A stretch of DNA of 64,000 nucleotides from a virus: the IMG/VR virus record IMGVR_UViG_3300022602_000036, positions 64,001 through 128,000 of that record; one strand, given 5' to 3'. Every line of letters starts with the position of its first letter. Position 1 is the stretch's first letter. Positions 21,377 through 29,960 of this stretch are shown here, one piece after another. Both the position numbers and the translations under genes were made by a program. The notes beneath the pieces are model-generated. The model did not search any database. It was not told the origin of the DNA and saw nothing but the letters and a program-made list of their open reading frames with translations.

Positions 21377-22686
21377 ATAATCCTTGGGATATAATCCAAG
21401 AACTAGAATCAGATAACAGTCGCTTGGCTAAAGAAGCAGTCATTGAGCACGAAGCACTAGCAGACAATGTAGAATTCTTTGCTGGCTGTCGTTTGGCATT
21501 AGATGCTATGATTACCTTTGGTGTTAAAAAGGTAGACGAAACTGACTCAGATGGATTTGGATTAACTTGGGCAGAGTTCGCTCAACTAGCTGATGCACTG
21601 GCCAATCGTGAACTAACAGGCAACAATGCACAGTCAGCTATAGAACAAGCACGCAAAAGTTCTACTAAGCTACAATGGAATCTTTGGTATCGTCGTATCT
21701 TAATCAAAGACCTACGCTGTGGAGTCAGTGAAAAAACTGTAAACACTGTGATCAAACGAGCTAAGAAACCTGCTTATGAGATTCCTGTATTCAGTTGTCA
21801 ACTAGCGCATGACTCAGCTAATCATGATGGTAAACTTGCCGGTGCTAAATTAATTGAAGTTAAACTAGATGGTGTTCGTGTAATTACCATTGTTTACCCA
21901 AATGGACAAGTAGATCAATACAGTCGCAATGGTAAAGAGCTGGTAAACTTTCCACACATCAAACAACAGATTGCTTTGCACGCTGATTCATTTAAGGAAC
22001 CTATGGTGCTTGATGGCGAAGTCATGTCAGCTAGTTTCCAAGATCTAATGAAAATGGTACATCGTAAGAGTGATGTTAAAAGCAATGATGCTGTGCTGAA
22101 TTTGTTTGATGTTATTACTCTTAAAGAGTTCCAAGCAGGACAAGGCATTCATAGACAAATTGATCGTAGCATAAGTTTGGCCGCTTGGTATAGTCAAGTA
22201 GCTGATGATATGCCTAATGTTACTGTAGTAGGTCAAGAGCAGGTTAACCTAGATATACCAGCTGGGCAAGCTCGTTTCCTACAGATCAATCAAGAAGCTA
22301 TTGATGGTGGGTACGAAGGTATTATGGTTAAGAATCCATTAGGGATTTATGAATGTAAACGCACTATCAATTGGTTAAAATTAAAACCATTTATTGAAGT
22401 AAGTTTGGAGGTAACAGATGTCGAAGAAGGTACAGGCCGTAACCAAGGCCGTTTGGGGGCTTTGGTATGTAGTGGCCAAGACAATGGCCGTAATATTACT
22501 GTTAACTGCGGTAGCGGGTTTACTGATAACGATCGCGGAGTATTTTGGGCCAACCGTGACAAGTTGGTTGGGCAAGTAGTTGAGGTACGTGCTGATGCTG
22601 TTACGCAAAATCAAGACGGTTCTTACTCCTTACGCTTTCCTAGGTTCTTGCGTTTTAGGGGGTTTGAAGTTGGCGAAAAACTATAA
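21373..22686 (+). CDS. ATP-dependent DNA ligase
   Basis: EVKLDGVR, LDGE, EGIMVK, WLKLKP, SLRFPRF; SD GGAGG favours start 21373. Confidence 0.95.
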   Translation: MNNPWDIIQELESDNSRLAKEAVIEHEALADNVEFFAGCRLALDAMITFGVKKVDETDSDGFGLTWAEFAQLADALANRELTGNNAQSAIEQARKSSTKLQWNLWYRRILIKDLRCGVSEKTVNTVIKRAKKPAYEIPVFSCQLAHDSANHDGKLAGAKLIEVKLDGVRVITIVYPNGQVDQYSRNGKELVNFPHIKQQIALHADSFKEPMVLDGEVMSASFQDLMKMVHRKSDVKSNDAVLNLFDVITLKEFQAGQGIHRQIDRSISLAAWYSQVADDMPNVTVVGQEQVNLDIPAGQARFLQINQEAIDGGYEGIMVKNPLGIYECKRTINWLKLKPFIEVSLEVTDVEEGTGRNQGRLGALVCSGQDNGRNITVNCGSGFTDNDRGVFWANRDKLVGQVVEVRADAVTQNQDGSYSLRFPRFLRFRGFEVGEKL

Positions 22687-22930
22687 GTTAGCTCAAGAAG
22701 CTGACAAAGATAAAGTCTACGGTGCTCTTAAAGAGTTCACTCGCAACTCTCGTCTATGGCGTTCAAGTCCAGTTGGTCGTGAATATTGCCACTTGACAGA
22801 AGAAGGCAGAGAAGTTATCATAGACATGATGCAGGATATGTTGCGTACTATTGATATATTAGAACGTAAGGCATTTGATCAACGTGCTAAAGAAATTGTG
22901 TTTGAAACACTGAAAGGTAAAGGTGAATAA
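22670..22930 (+). CDS. hypothetical protein (probable TTG start 22670)
   Basis: in frame with track ORF 22580..22930; purine run AGGGGG upstream. Confidence 0.65.
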   Translation: MAKNYKLAQEADKDKVYGALKEFTRNSRLWRSSPVGREYCHLTEEGREVIIDMMQDMLRTIDILERKAFDQRAKEIVFETLKGKGE

Positions 22931-23268
22931 TGGTTGCTGGTATGCGGCGTGATTTCGTAGAAGAACAGAGCGATACTAATCCTGTGGTATACTGTAAGGA
23001 CTGCAAATATTACTATCGTACGTTTGGTATGTGGATGGCTCAAACGGAAGCACGATGTACTCGCGGTCGTCAACCTAAAGTCAATCTTGTCACAGGTAAA
23101 ATAGGGCCGCTTGATTACTATAACTTAGAACGTTGTCAACGTGAGCGGACTAATGAGTATATTGTTAATTGCGGCGAAGAAGGCAAATTTTGGTCTCCTC
23201 GCAAGCCTTCGCCAGAAACCACAATGTTAATGTTAAAAAGAAAGGTACCAAATGATTCTAACTCGTAA
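22930..23268 (+). CDS. Cys-rich hypothetical protein
   Basis: CKDCKY...C...C...CG..G.FW. Confidence 0.7.
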   Translation: MVAGMRRDFVEEQSDTNPVVYCKDCKYYYRTFGMWMAQTEARCTRGRQPKVNLVTGKIGPLDYYNLERCQRERTNEYIVNCGEEGKFWSPRKPSPETTMLMLKRKVPNDSNS

Positions 23269-23524
23269 TGAACTTATTGAATCACTACAAGATGGTATTG
23301 TAACTGTAACTTTTACCAAAGTAAATGGTGAGGTTCGTACTATGCCTTGTACTCTGCGTGAAGATATTGTTCCACCTAGGCCTACACCTGCTGAAGGTGC
23401 AGAAACTAAAACTAAGAAAAAGAATGATGGTGTAATTAGTGCGTGGTGCATTGATAAAGGTGCATGGCGCAGTTTTCGCTATGATAGTATTGTTAGTCTA
23501 CAGTTTGATGGCAGTGGACAGTAA
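23252..23524 (+). CDS. SH3-like/WYL_2 (DUF2693-type) phage protein
   Basis: VTFTKVNGEVRTM.CTL...W.IDK.AWRSFR. Confidence 0.75.
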   Translation: MILTRNELIESLQDGIVTVTFTKVNGEVRTMPCTLREDIVPPRPTPAEGAETKTKKKNDGVISAWCIDKGAWRSFRYDSIVSLQFDGSGQ

Positions 23525-23539
23525 TTTAACCAAAATAGG

Positions 23540-23568
23540 TTGACATGTGCGTATTTTTCCGCTATTAT
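23540..23568 (+). promoter_or_regulatory. sigma70-type promoter
   Basis: TTGACA-N17-TATTAT. Confidence 0.75.
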
Positions 23569-23624
23569 ATATGTTCATGCTGTATTTTAAATAGCAAACT
23601 TTTAACTCTATGGAGAAGTAACAA

Positions 23625-24011
23625 ATGGCAAAAACTACTAAAGTAACAATGGCAACAGCACCAGCTAAGAAAGCACCTGCTAAGGCTCCAGCAAAAGCAC
23701 CTGCTAAGGCTCCAGCAAAAGCACCTGCTAAGGCACCAGCTAAGGCTCCTAAAAAAGCTTCAGTTAACCTAGCTAAGGTAACTAACCAAAAAGCGTTCTT
23801 AGAAAAATACCTACGTGGTACAGGTCGTACCTTATCAGTAGCGCAAGCAAAAGCTAACTACGGTATTGCAAAATTGTCAGCACGTATTAGTGAAATGCGC
23901 GATGCTGGTTTAGTAATCTACACAGATGAAAACACCTCAGGTAAAGCAACTTACCGTATCGTTGCTCGTGACGTTGCAGGTTCACGTGCTAAAGTGTTTT
24001 CAGCAAACTAA
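23625..24011 (+). CDS. histone-like PAKA-repeat winged-HTH DNA-binding protein
   Basis: N-terminal (PAKA)n; C-terminal LSVAQA...YGI..LSARISEMR..G..I HTH. Confidence 0.75.
   Translation: MAKTTKVTMATAPAKKAPAKAPAKAPAKAPAKAPAKAPAKAPKKASVNLAKVTNQKAFLEKYLRGTGRTLSVAQAKANYGIAKLSARISEMRDAGLVIYTDENTSGKATYRIVARDVAGSRAKVFSAN
23670..23741 (+). repeat. in-frame 24-nt tandem repeat (3 units)
   Basis: AAAGCACCTGCTAAGGCTCCAGCA x2 plus a near-identical third unit. Confidence 0.9.
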
Positions 24012-24035
24012 TATCTAGGTAGATTTACCAAAGAT

Positions 24036-24062
24036 AAAAAAAGCCCCGTTTGGGGCTTTTTT
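24036..24062. terminator. bidirectional terminator
   Basis: A7-GCCCC-GTTT-GGGGC-T6 between convergent genes. Confidence 0.9.
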
Positions 24063-24076
24063 GTTGGCTATAGATG

Positions 24077-24397
24077 TTAATTAACAATAGTGGCTAAATC
24101 AATAACGGTTTCATTAGTCCAATTAGTGGTATATGTTATACTGTGTGCTGATTTCCATGCATTGATATCTGCTATTAGCCCTGCGTCTGTTAAAGTATAA
24201 GTTGATACAAAAGAATTAGCTGCATCTGTATTGCTAAAAATCAAAATAGTTTTAGTAGTTGTGCCTGTTTTTTGGTTTAAAGAATTTGCTTCTAAGTAGG
24301 TTGCGATATTTTTAGCCCAATCACTAGCAGTGACTGATGGTGGAAATGGTCCAACGTTATTTGGATCTTCTACTGTAAAAGTATATACTACTGACAT
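24077..24397 (-). CDS. hypothetical late protein
   Basis: 106 aa, SD AAGGA, TAAATA on - strand at 24426-24431. Confidence 0.7.
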   Translation of the reverse strand: MSVVYTFTVEDPNNVGPFPPSVTASDWAKNIATYLEANSLNQKTGTTTKTILIFSNTDAANSFVSTYTLTDAGLIADINAWKSAHSITYTTNWTNETVIDLATIVN

Positions 24398-24436
24398 ATG
24401 GTATTCCTTATTAAACTGTTATAGTTATTTATCTGA

Positions 24437-24465
24437 TTGACAAACAAATCAAAAGATGTTATAAT
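24437..24465 (+). promoter_or_regulatory. sigma70-type promoter
   Basis: TTGACA-N17-TATAAT. Confidence 0.85.
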
Positions 24466-24497
24466 ATACGCATATTAAACAATAAAGAAAGCGAACA

Positions 24498-25076
24498 ATG
24501 AGTACTCGTTTATACGTAGGACTTGGGGCAGCAATTTTTGTAGGTAATATAATCTATGCTCAATATGAAGATAGTCGTATTAGTAGCATAGAAGATAGTG
24601 TTATCCAAATTGGCAGTGATGTAGCAGAAATCAAACAGGCAGTGTTAGAACAACAAACAACGTCAATCAAATACACTAAAAAAGATGTTGAATGCCTAGC
24701 ACGCAATATCTACTACGAAGCAGGTGTAGAGCCGTTAATGGGCAAATATGCTGTGGCCAATGTAACTATTAACCGTGTTAAAAGCGGCTATTGGGGCTCG
24801 CATGTATGTGATGTAGTCTACGCCAAAGACCAGTTTAGTTGGACCAAAGAGAAAAAGCGTGCTTGGATACAACTAAAAGGCAGTAATTGGGCAACTAGCC
24901 GTGCAGTGGCAGAGTCTGCACTAACACAGGGCATTCGTGTTAAGCAATTGAAGCACGCATTATTCTATCACGCAGATTACGTTAGTCCTACTTGGCGTGA
25001 TCGTACTAAACAAGTACTTAAAGTAGGGCAACATATTTTTTACTCACAAGCAAAGGGCAGTAATTTATCAATATGA
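24498..25076 (+). CDS. SleB-like cell wall hydrolase (Hydrolase_2)
   Basis: CLARNIYYEA..E...G..AVA.VT.NRV...QFSW...FYHADYV.P.W. Confidence 0.9.
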   Translation: MSTRLYVGLGAAIFVGNIIYAQYEDSRISSIEDSVIQIGSDVAEIKQAVLEQQTTSIKYTKKDVECLARNIYYEAGVEPLMGKYAVANVTINRVKSGYWGSHVCDVVYAKDQFSWTKEKKRAWIQLKGSNWATSRAVAESALTQGIRVKQLKHALFYHADYVSPTWRDRTKQVLKVGQHIFYSQAKGSNLSI

Positions 25077-25537
25077 AATATTTTAGTTATGGTATGAACA
25101 CAAACTTGGCCAGTATGGCAGTACGCTGCCCAAGTGCTCAGAGTCTAGGAGCTGCTGTTCTACCGCATTATGAATTTGAATTCAAATCATTTGCTACAAT
25201 CTCACCTAAAATGGGCGCAGAAACCCACGGAGTTCTTTGGGAAATCACCCCCGAGTGCGAAAAGAGTTTGGACCGCTTAGAAGGATATCCCGTATACTAC
25301 GGTAAAATTATTGTATGGGTTGAACACAATGGTATGTTGACTCCGGCAATGACCTACCTAATGTATCCAGAAGAAGAACCTAACTATCCAAGTAATAGCT
25401 ATGTGCGTATGTTAGAGGAAGGTTACACAGCACACGGCGTCAGCACAGATCAAATTAATCAAGCATTAGATCATTTAAATAACCACTTTGGTTTGACATC
25501 TGGTCTCAATGACACTACACTATACTCATACACCTAA
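25073..25537 (+). CDS. gamma-glutamylcyclotransferase-family protein
   Basis: YFSYGMN...GVLW......LDRLEG. Confidence 0.85.
   Translation: MKYFSYGMNTNLASMAVRCPSAQSLGAAVLPHYEFEFKSFATISPKMGAETHGVLWEITPECEKSLDRLEGYPVYYGKIIVWVEHNGMLTPAMTYLMYPEEEPNYPSNSYVRMLEEGYTAHGVSTDQINQALDHLNNHFGLTSGLNDTTLYSYT
25493..25521 (+). promoter_or_regulatory. sigma70-type promoter (inside upstream gene end)
   Basis: TTGACA-N17-TACACT. Confidence 0.6.
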
Positions 25538-25548
25538 GGAGAAGCAAC

Positions 25549-26052
25549 ATGGCAATTTGGACCGTTAGTACCTATCATAAAAAATCTTGTCAAGAAACTG
25601 AACATTGGGTTCAGGACGAAGGCGAAGGCAGCATCACTGTTAGGAATGGTTTCCGTTATGGCGAGTGGACTGTAGAAACAGATGACGACAACCCTCCAGA
25701 ATTTGAATTTACAGAAGTACCTGGTGGTGATGGTCGTAAAGACAGTATCAATATGTTGGACTGCGAAGTCAATAATATTGAAAGCGTTGAGCTTGTTGAA
25801 ATGTTTGATGGCGGTTGCTGGTATGATATTACCATTGAAGGGCTTGACGAGGAAGCTGAGGAAGAACTACAAGAGTTTATTGATGAAAACAGCATTTATG
25901 ATCTAGAAGGCCGTGAAGACGACTCTTGGAGCCAAGATGATAGCGAATGGTGGATCTGGGGTCCAATTGAAATTAAAAACGAAGCTGGTGAACGTGTACG
26001 TATTATCTGTGCAGATGATGCTGGTAATACCGTTGACTTTGTGGAAGAATAA
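25549..26052 (+). CDS. highly acidic hypothetical protein
   Basis: 167 aa, D/E-rich, SD AAGGAG. Confidence 0.8.
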   Translation: MAIWTVSTYHKKSCQETEHWVQDEGEGSITVRNGFRYGEWTVETDDDNPPEFEFTEVPGGDGRKDSINMLDCEVNNIESVELVEMFDGGCWYDITIEGLDEEAEEELQEFIDENSIYDLEGREDDSWSQDDSEWWIWGPIEIKNEAGERVRIICADDAGNTVDFVEE

Positions 26053-26219
26053 TGTCCAATAATAGTTCTTACGTTGGCATAAAAGTAGAATGCCCAAATG
26101 GCATTATTGGTACAGTTACTCACGAAAACGACGAGTGGATTATTATCCAAGATGATGCTGGTACTGGTGAATATATGTTTACCAAACTTGGTTGCAAAGT
26201 ATTAAAGGATACAGAATAA
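26052..26219 (+). CDS. small hypothetical protein (55 aa, not in track)
   Basis: MSNNSSYVGIKVECPNGIIGTV...KDTE; TAATG overlaps on both sides. Confidence 0.65.
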   Translation: MSNNSSYVGIKVECPNGIIGTVTHENDEWIIIQDDAGTGEYMFTKLGCKVLKDTE

Positions 26220-26635
26220 TGTCAGTCCACGTACCTAGTCAAGGTAATTACGGTAATATTACTATAGGTGCTGGTGTTATGTCTACTGCTGGGTCAGCTG
26301 GGTCAGGCACACATACTATCAGTATAACCAATGGTGGTAGTGGGTATCCAAATAGTGTGCTAACCGCCACTGGTACAGGAGCCACTACTTGGGCCAATAA
26401 CACCAGTACTAAAATGAATGTAAAAGGTCAGCTTAACCTAGATGGAGAAGGTGCTGACATTGTTATGAATGGTGTTAGCCTTAAAGGTATCTTAAATGGT
26501 ATCACTGATCGTTTAAGTATCCTACAGCCCAAACCAGATATGTTGGAAAAATATGACAACCTACGTCAGGCCTACGAACACTATAAAACTTTAGAAGCAT
26601 TATTATACGATGATCAAGAACCTAGCAACAAGTAG
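26219..26635 (+). CDS. hypothetical protein (G/T-rich N-terminus, EKY..L..AYE C-terminus)
   Basis: TAATG overlap favours start 26219. Confidence 0.75.
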   Translation: MSVHVPSQGNYGNITIGAGVMSTAGSAGSGTHTISITNGGSGYPNSVLTATGTGATTWANNTSTKMNVKGQLNLDGEGADIVMNGVSLKGILNGITDRLSILQPKPDMLEKYDNLRQAYEHYKTLEALLYDDQEPSNK

Positions 26636-26954
26636 TGCCTATGTAACAGTAACAGGAAACTATCCTCCAAACATTTACAATAATGGTATGTTAAATGTTG
26701 GGCAGATAAGATACAATCCTACCAATCAAAACATGGAAGTCTATGATGGCAGCATGTGGCAAGTAATGAGTCAGGGCGTGACTGTTGGCTTAAGTTGGGA
26801 CGCTGATAGTGCTATTCGTTGGGCCATTGAAAAACAGCGAGAAGAAGCTACTCTTAAAGAGCGCATGGAAAAACATCCTGGGCTTAAAGATGCTTATGAG
26901 AAATTTCAAGTGATGGATATTCTTACCAGGGAAGAAGATGGCAAACCCGCGTAA
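26610..26954 (+). CDS. hypothetical protein
   Basis: GQIRYN....MEVYDG..W; EKHP.LKDAYE C-terminus. Confidence 0.75.
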   Translation: MIKNLATSSAYVTVTGNYPPNIYNNGMLNVGQIRYNPTNQNMEVYDGSMWQVMSQGVTVGLSWDADSAIRWAIEKQREEATLKERMEKHPGLKDAYEKFQVMDILTREEDGKPA

Positions 26955-27141
26955 TGGATCATACAATACTGTTGGCCCTGCTGGTTCAGGTGGCAGTGTT
27001 CATCCCACTAACTTTAAGCTAGTAGCAGAAAAACTAGTAGAGTGGGAATGGTACGAACGATTTATAGCACAAAATCCAGATCTTAAACTTCGTTGGGAAC
27101 AACATAAAACATATGAGATATTAAACAATGAGCAAGAGTAA
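26938..27141 (+). CDS. hypothetical protein
   Basis: 67 aa, overlaps neighbours. Confidence 0.65.
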   Translation: MANPRNGSYNTVGPAGSGGSVHPTNFKLVAEKLVEWEWYERFIAQNPDLKLRWEQHKTYEILNNEQE

Positions 27142-27316
27142 ACTAACTATTCGCGTCACAAATCTTGACAAGATCAACAGCATTGCCAATTGGTGCAAGG
27201 CCAATTTAGACCATCACGAATGGGATATGACTCCTATACATATATTCAAACCAGACTATAAATTCCACTTTGAATGTGAGCAAACTCGCTTACAAGTAAT
27301 ACTTCAACACCTATAA
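27128..27316 (+). CDS. hypothetical protein
   Basis: 62 aa. Confidence 0.6.
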   Translation: MSKSKLTIRVTNLDKINSIANWCKANLDHHEWDMTPIHIFKPDYKFHFECEQTRLQVILQHL

Positions 27317-27321
27317 ACCAC

Positions 27322-27350
27322 TTGACAATTTAACCAAAAGATGCTATAAT
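27322..27350 (+). promoter_or_regulatory. sigma70-type promoter
   Basis: TTGACA-N17-TATAAT. Confidence 0.85.
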
Positions 27351-27383
27351 TATACATATAATAACAATTTAGGCATAGATTAT

Positions 27384-27686
27384 ATGGAAATTTTAAAAGC
27401 ATTTTTAACGGTTTACTGTATTATATCAGTTACGTTTACTACCTTTTTCCTAATTAATTTATTTAGAAATATTCGCAAAGAACTTGACATTGCCAAAGGT
27501 GTAGACACTGTTAAGAAAACTATGAAGTTAGTCTATGTAGAAGAAGTATGCGGTATGTTTCATATGTATGATATTGCCACCCATACATTTATCTGTCAAG
27601 CATACACTGAAGAAGAATTGTGGACTACGGCAAAAACTAAATTTCCAGACATGAAAGTAGTTAGTTTAGAAAAGGACAGCAAATGA
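27384..27686 (+). CDS. membrane-anchored hypothetical protein
   Basis: N-terminal hydrophobic helix. Confidence 0.75.
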   Translation: MEILKAFLTVYCIISVTFTTFFLINLFRNIRKELDIAKGVDTVKKTMKLVYVEEVCGMFHMYDIATHTFICQAYTEEELWTTAKTKFPDMKVVSLEKDSK

Positions 27687-28096
27687 CCATGCACATGTTA
27701 CCGCCTATGTATTCAACAACAGGCAAGAAAAAAGGTAAACAGAAATTCCGTACAGCAGAACAGGCTAACAAAGCTCGTCGTAACGCAGAATCGTGGCAAC
27801 AATTATTGGAGAAATATGATGCTAAAGTGGTGGTGGACAAATCTAAGTCCAACAGAAAAAATACTAGTAAAAGTGTGGTTACTAGTGGGAGTGATTGGCG
27901 TAGCCGTGTTGACCCTAGCCGCCTTACTGATCATATACCAAGTCGTGACACAGGTGTCGCTGTAGCCGCTCGCCCAGCAGACAAAGTCTACACAGGTGAT
28001 GCTATGATTGGTATTGGACAACTACATAAGTCAAACGGTATTCCTGTATTCCGTCAAGAAGATGCTGTCGATGTTAGTAAAATGAGAAGAGGATAA
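27683..28096 (+). CDS. hypothetical protein (YTG...IG..HKSN..P motif of T4-like phages)
   Basis: VYTGDAMIGIGQLHKSNGIPVF. Confidence 0.8.
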   Translation: MTMHMLPPMYSTTGKKKGKQKFRTAEQANKARRNAESWQQLLEKYDAKVVVDKSKSNRKNTSKSVVTSGSDWRSRVDPSRLTDHIPSRDTGVAVAARPADKVYTGDAMIGIGQLHKSNGIPVFRQEDAVDVSKMRRG

Positions 28097-28097
28097 T

Positions 28098-28592
28098 ATG
28101 AACCAAGAATTAATTAATATGGCATTTACTCGTAATCAACTTAGTAAGACTATGACGTTAAATGAAGCATTTTTTCTTTTTCATAAGGAGAATCTTTTAA
28201 ACGTAGGAGAATTAACTGAACGTGCTATTGTAAAACAAGGCAAATTAACACAGCATTCAAAAAACTTTAAAGGTAGTGATTTTAAAGAAGACAACAGCGA
28301 TAGTAAATATGTTCAGGTTCGCTATTATTCTACAGCTTATGCTACTATTGCCGGAATTCAAAATAAAATAGGAACATTGCGGGTTTTGTGTTTTGAACCT
28401 AAACAAAATAAAAATTATTATTTCTTAATTCCTTACAAAGTGTATGCTCCTTACACTTCAGCCAATGATTCATTAAAAATCTATTTTGATATGGAAGGCA
28501 ATCCTAGAAGTCCTAAACGGTCGAATCGTCGATACGATTTATGGGATTATGTATGTACTAAAAAAGAATGGTATAAAAAATTAGCAAAATGA
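28098..28592 (+). CDS. hypothetical protein, possibly PD-(D/E)xK nuclease-like
   Basis: GELTE...SDF...SDSK pattern; function uncertain. Confidence 0.6.
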   Translation: MNQELINMAFTRNQLSKTMTLNEAFFLFHKENLLNVGELTERAIVKQGKLTQHSKNFKGSDFKEDNSDSKYVQVRYYSTAYATIAGIQNKIGTLRVLCFEPKQNKNYYFLIPYKVYAPYTSANDSLKIYFDMEGNPRSPKRSNRRYDLWDYVCTKKEWYKKLAK

Positions 28593-28774
28593 AAAAAATA
28601 ATTGGATATATTCTAAGTTGGACATTATATTGGCTAGGTGACTTTACTAGTAAACCTATGCACTACTTTGATTGGGGTTGGTTATATCCTGTGTATAATC
28701 ATCTAATGATTTGGAGCACTGACGTACAAGATTGGTCAGGGTGTGATGGCCCGTGGGGAGAAGTCAATGGGTGA
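28589..28774 (+). CDS. Trp-rich small hypothetical protein
   Basis: 61 aa, ATGA overlap. Confidence 0.65.
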   Translation: MKKIIGYILSWTLYWLGDFTSKPMHYFDWGWLYPVYNHLMIWSTDVQDWSGCDGPWGEVNG

Positions 28775-29051
28775 TGAAAGTCAATGGTATTGGAATGATT
28801 GGAAAGACTACCAATACGCAGTTAAAAAAGACCTTAACGTCGAGTATGAACTTTGGGAAAATACACCTAAAAATAACACTGTTATCTTTAATGCTGGCAC
28901 AGATGACGAAATGCTTAAAATTACTCCTGATGGTTTTTATGTTCGTGGAGTAAAGGTAGAACAAGGCCCAGAGGAAGCAGAAGCAGTATACAAAGCGTTT
29001 AAAGAGTTTATGACTTGGGCTATTATCAGCAGGCCCGAAGAAGAGCAATAA
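28767..29051 (+). CDS. hypothetical protein
   Basis: EMLKITPDGFYVRGV..Q...EAE.VY.AF; SD GGGGAG favours 28767. Confidence 0.7.
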   Translation: MGDESQWYWNDWKDYQYAVKKDLNVEYELWENTPKNNTVIFNAGTDDEMLKITPDGFYVRGVKVEQGPEEAEAVYKAFKEFMTWAIISRPEEEQ

Positions 29052-29076
29052 ATAGTATATTAAAGGAAAGGATCAA

Positions 29077-29292
29077 TTGGCAAAAGAAGACGTTATAAAA
29101 CTATCAGGAACCGTAGAAGAAGTCTTAGGTAACAGTATGTTCCGTGTGAAATTAGAAAACAATCACATTGTTACCGCATATATTGGAGGTAAACTCCGTA
29201 TGCACACAATTAAGATTATCATGGGTGACGTAGTTGACGTTGAAATGACGCCATATGATTTAACCAAAGCCCGTATTACTTACAGACGATAA
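29077..29292 (+). CDS. infA: translation initiation factor IF-1
   Basis: MAKEDVI...[14 protein letters not shown]...A...GK.R...I....[18 protein letters not shown]. Confidence 0.97.
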   Translation: MAKEDVIKLSGTVEEVLGNSMFRVKLENNHIVTAYIGGKLRMHTIKIIMGDVVDVEMTPYDLTKARITYRR

Positions 29293-29414
29293 GCGTCCAG
29301 CACCAATTTACCTTTAAGCCACATTGGCTGTGCTGTGCAAAAACAAGGAAAGTTCACAACTAGGGGTCCTTGGTAGCCTTGTTGACGACTGGACATAGAT
29401 ATTTATGGAAAATT

Positions 29415-29960
29415 ATGTATAACTTTATTAAATGGACATTAAACGAAGGCAAGGAGCCTAAAACACTTACCCAAACTCCACTGCCTTATGATCGTGGTGC
29501 TCTAGGTAAAAGTCTAAGCAAGGCCACATTAGACTATCACTATGGTAGCCTATACAAAGGCTATGTTGATCGCTACAACAAGGGCGAAGGTGATGCAGAC
29601 TTCAACGAAGCAGGCGCTTTCTTACATGACTTATACTTCACACAATTCCGTGCGCCAAAAAGCTCAAATCTACCCGTAGGTAAAAGTCTAGAGTTAATCA
29701 ATGAACATTTTACAAGTTTTGATAAATTCAAAGAAGCTTTTGAAAAAGAAGCTATGAAGATACAGGGTTCAGGGTGGATCTATCTTTCATACCGTGGCGA
29801 GATTAAAACAATTAAAAATCACGAAGTTAGACGAGATATCGCACTGTTAGTTGACTGGTGGGAGCATGCATGGGCTCTTGACTATAAAGCAGATAAAAAA
29901 GGCTACTTAACTAATCAATGGAAAATCATTGATTGGGACATTATTAATCAAAGGATCTAA
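29415..29960 (+). CDS. Fe/Mn superoxide dismutase-like protein
   Basis: LPY...L, YHY, FLH, QGSGW, DWWEHA; start 29415 inferred. Confidence 0.9.
   Translation: MYNFIKWTLNEGKEPKTLTQTPLPYDRGALGKSLSKATLDYHYGSLYKGYVDRYNKGEGDADFNEAGAFLHDLYFTQFRAPKSSNLPVGKSLELINEHFTSFDKFKEAFEKEAMKIQGSGWIYLSYRGEIKTIKNHEVRRDIALLVDWWEHAWALDYKADKKGYLTNQWKIIDWDIINQRI

Noticed and set aside
29293-29414. yybP-ykoY Mn riboswitch or hammerhead ribozyme upstream of SOD
   Set aside because: GGGGAGUA and CUGAnGA/GAAA cores are absent; kept only as an unclassified structure.
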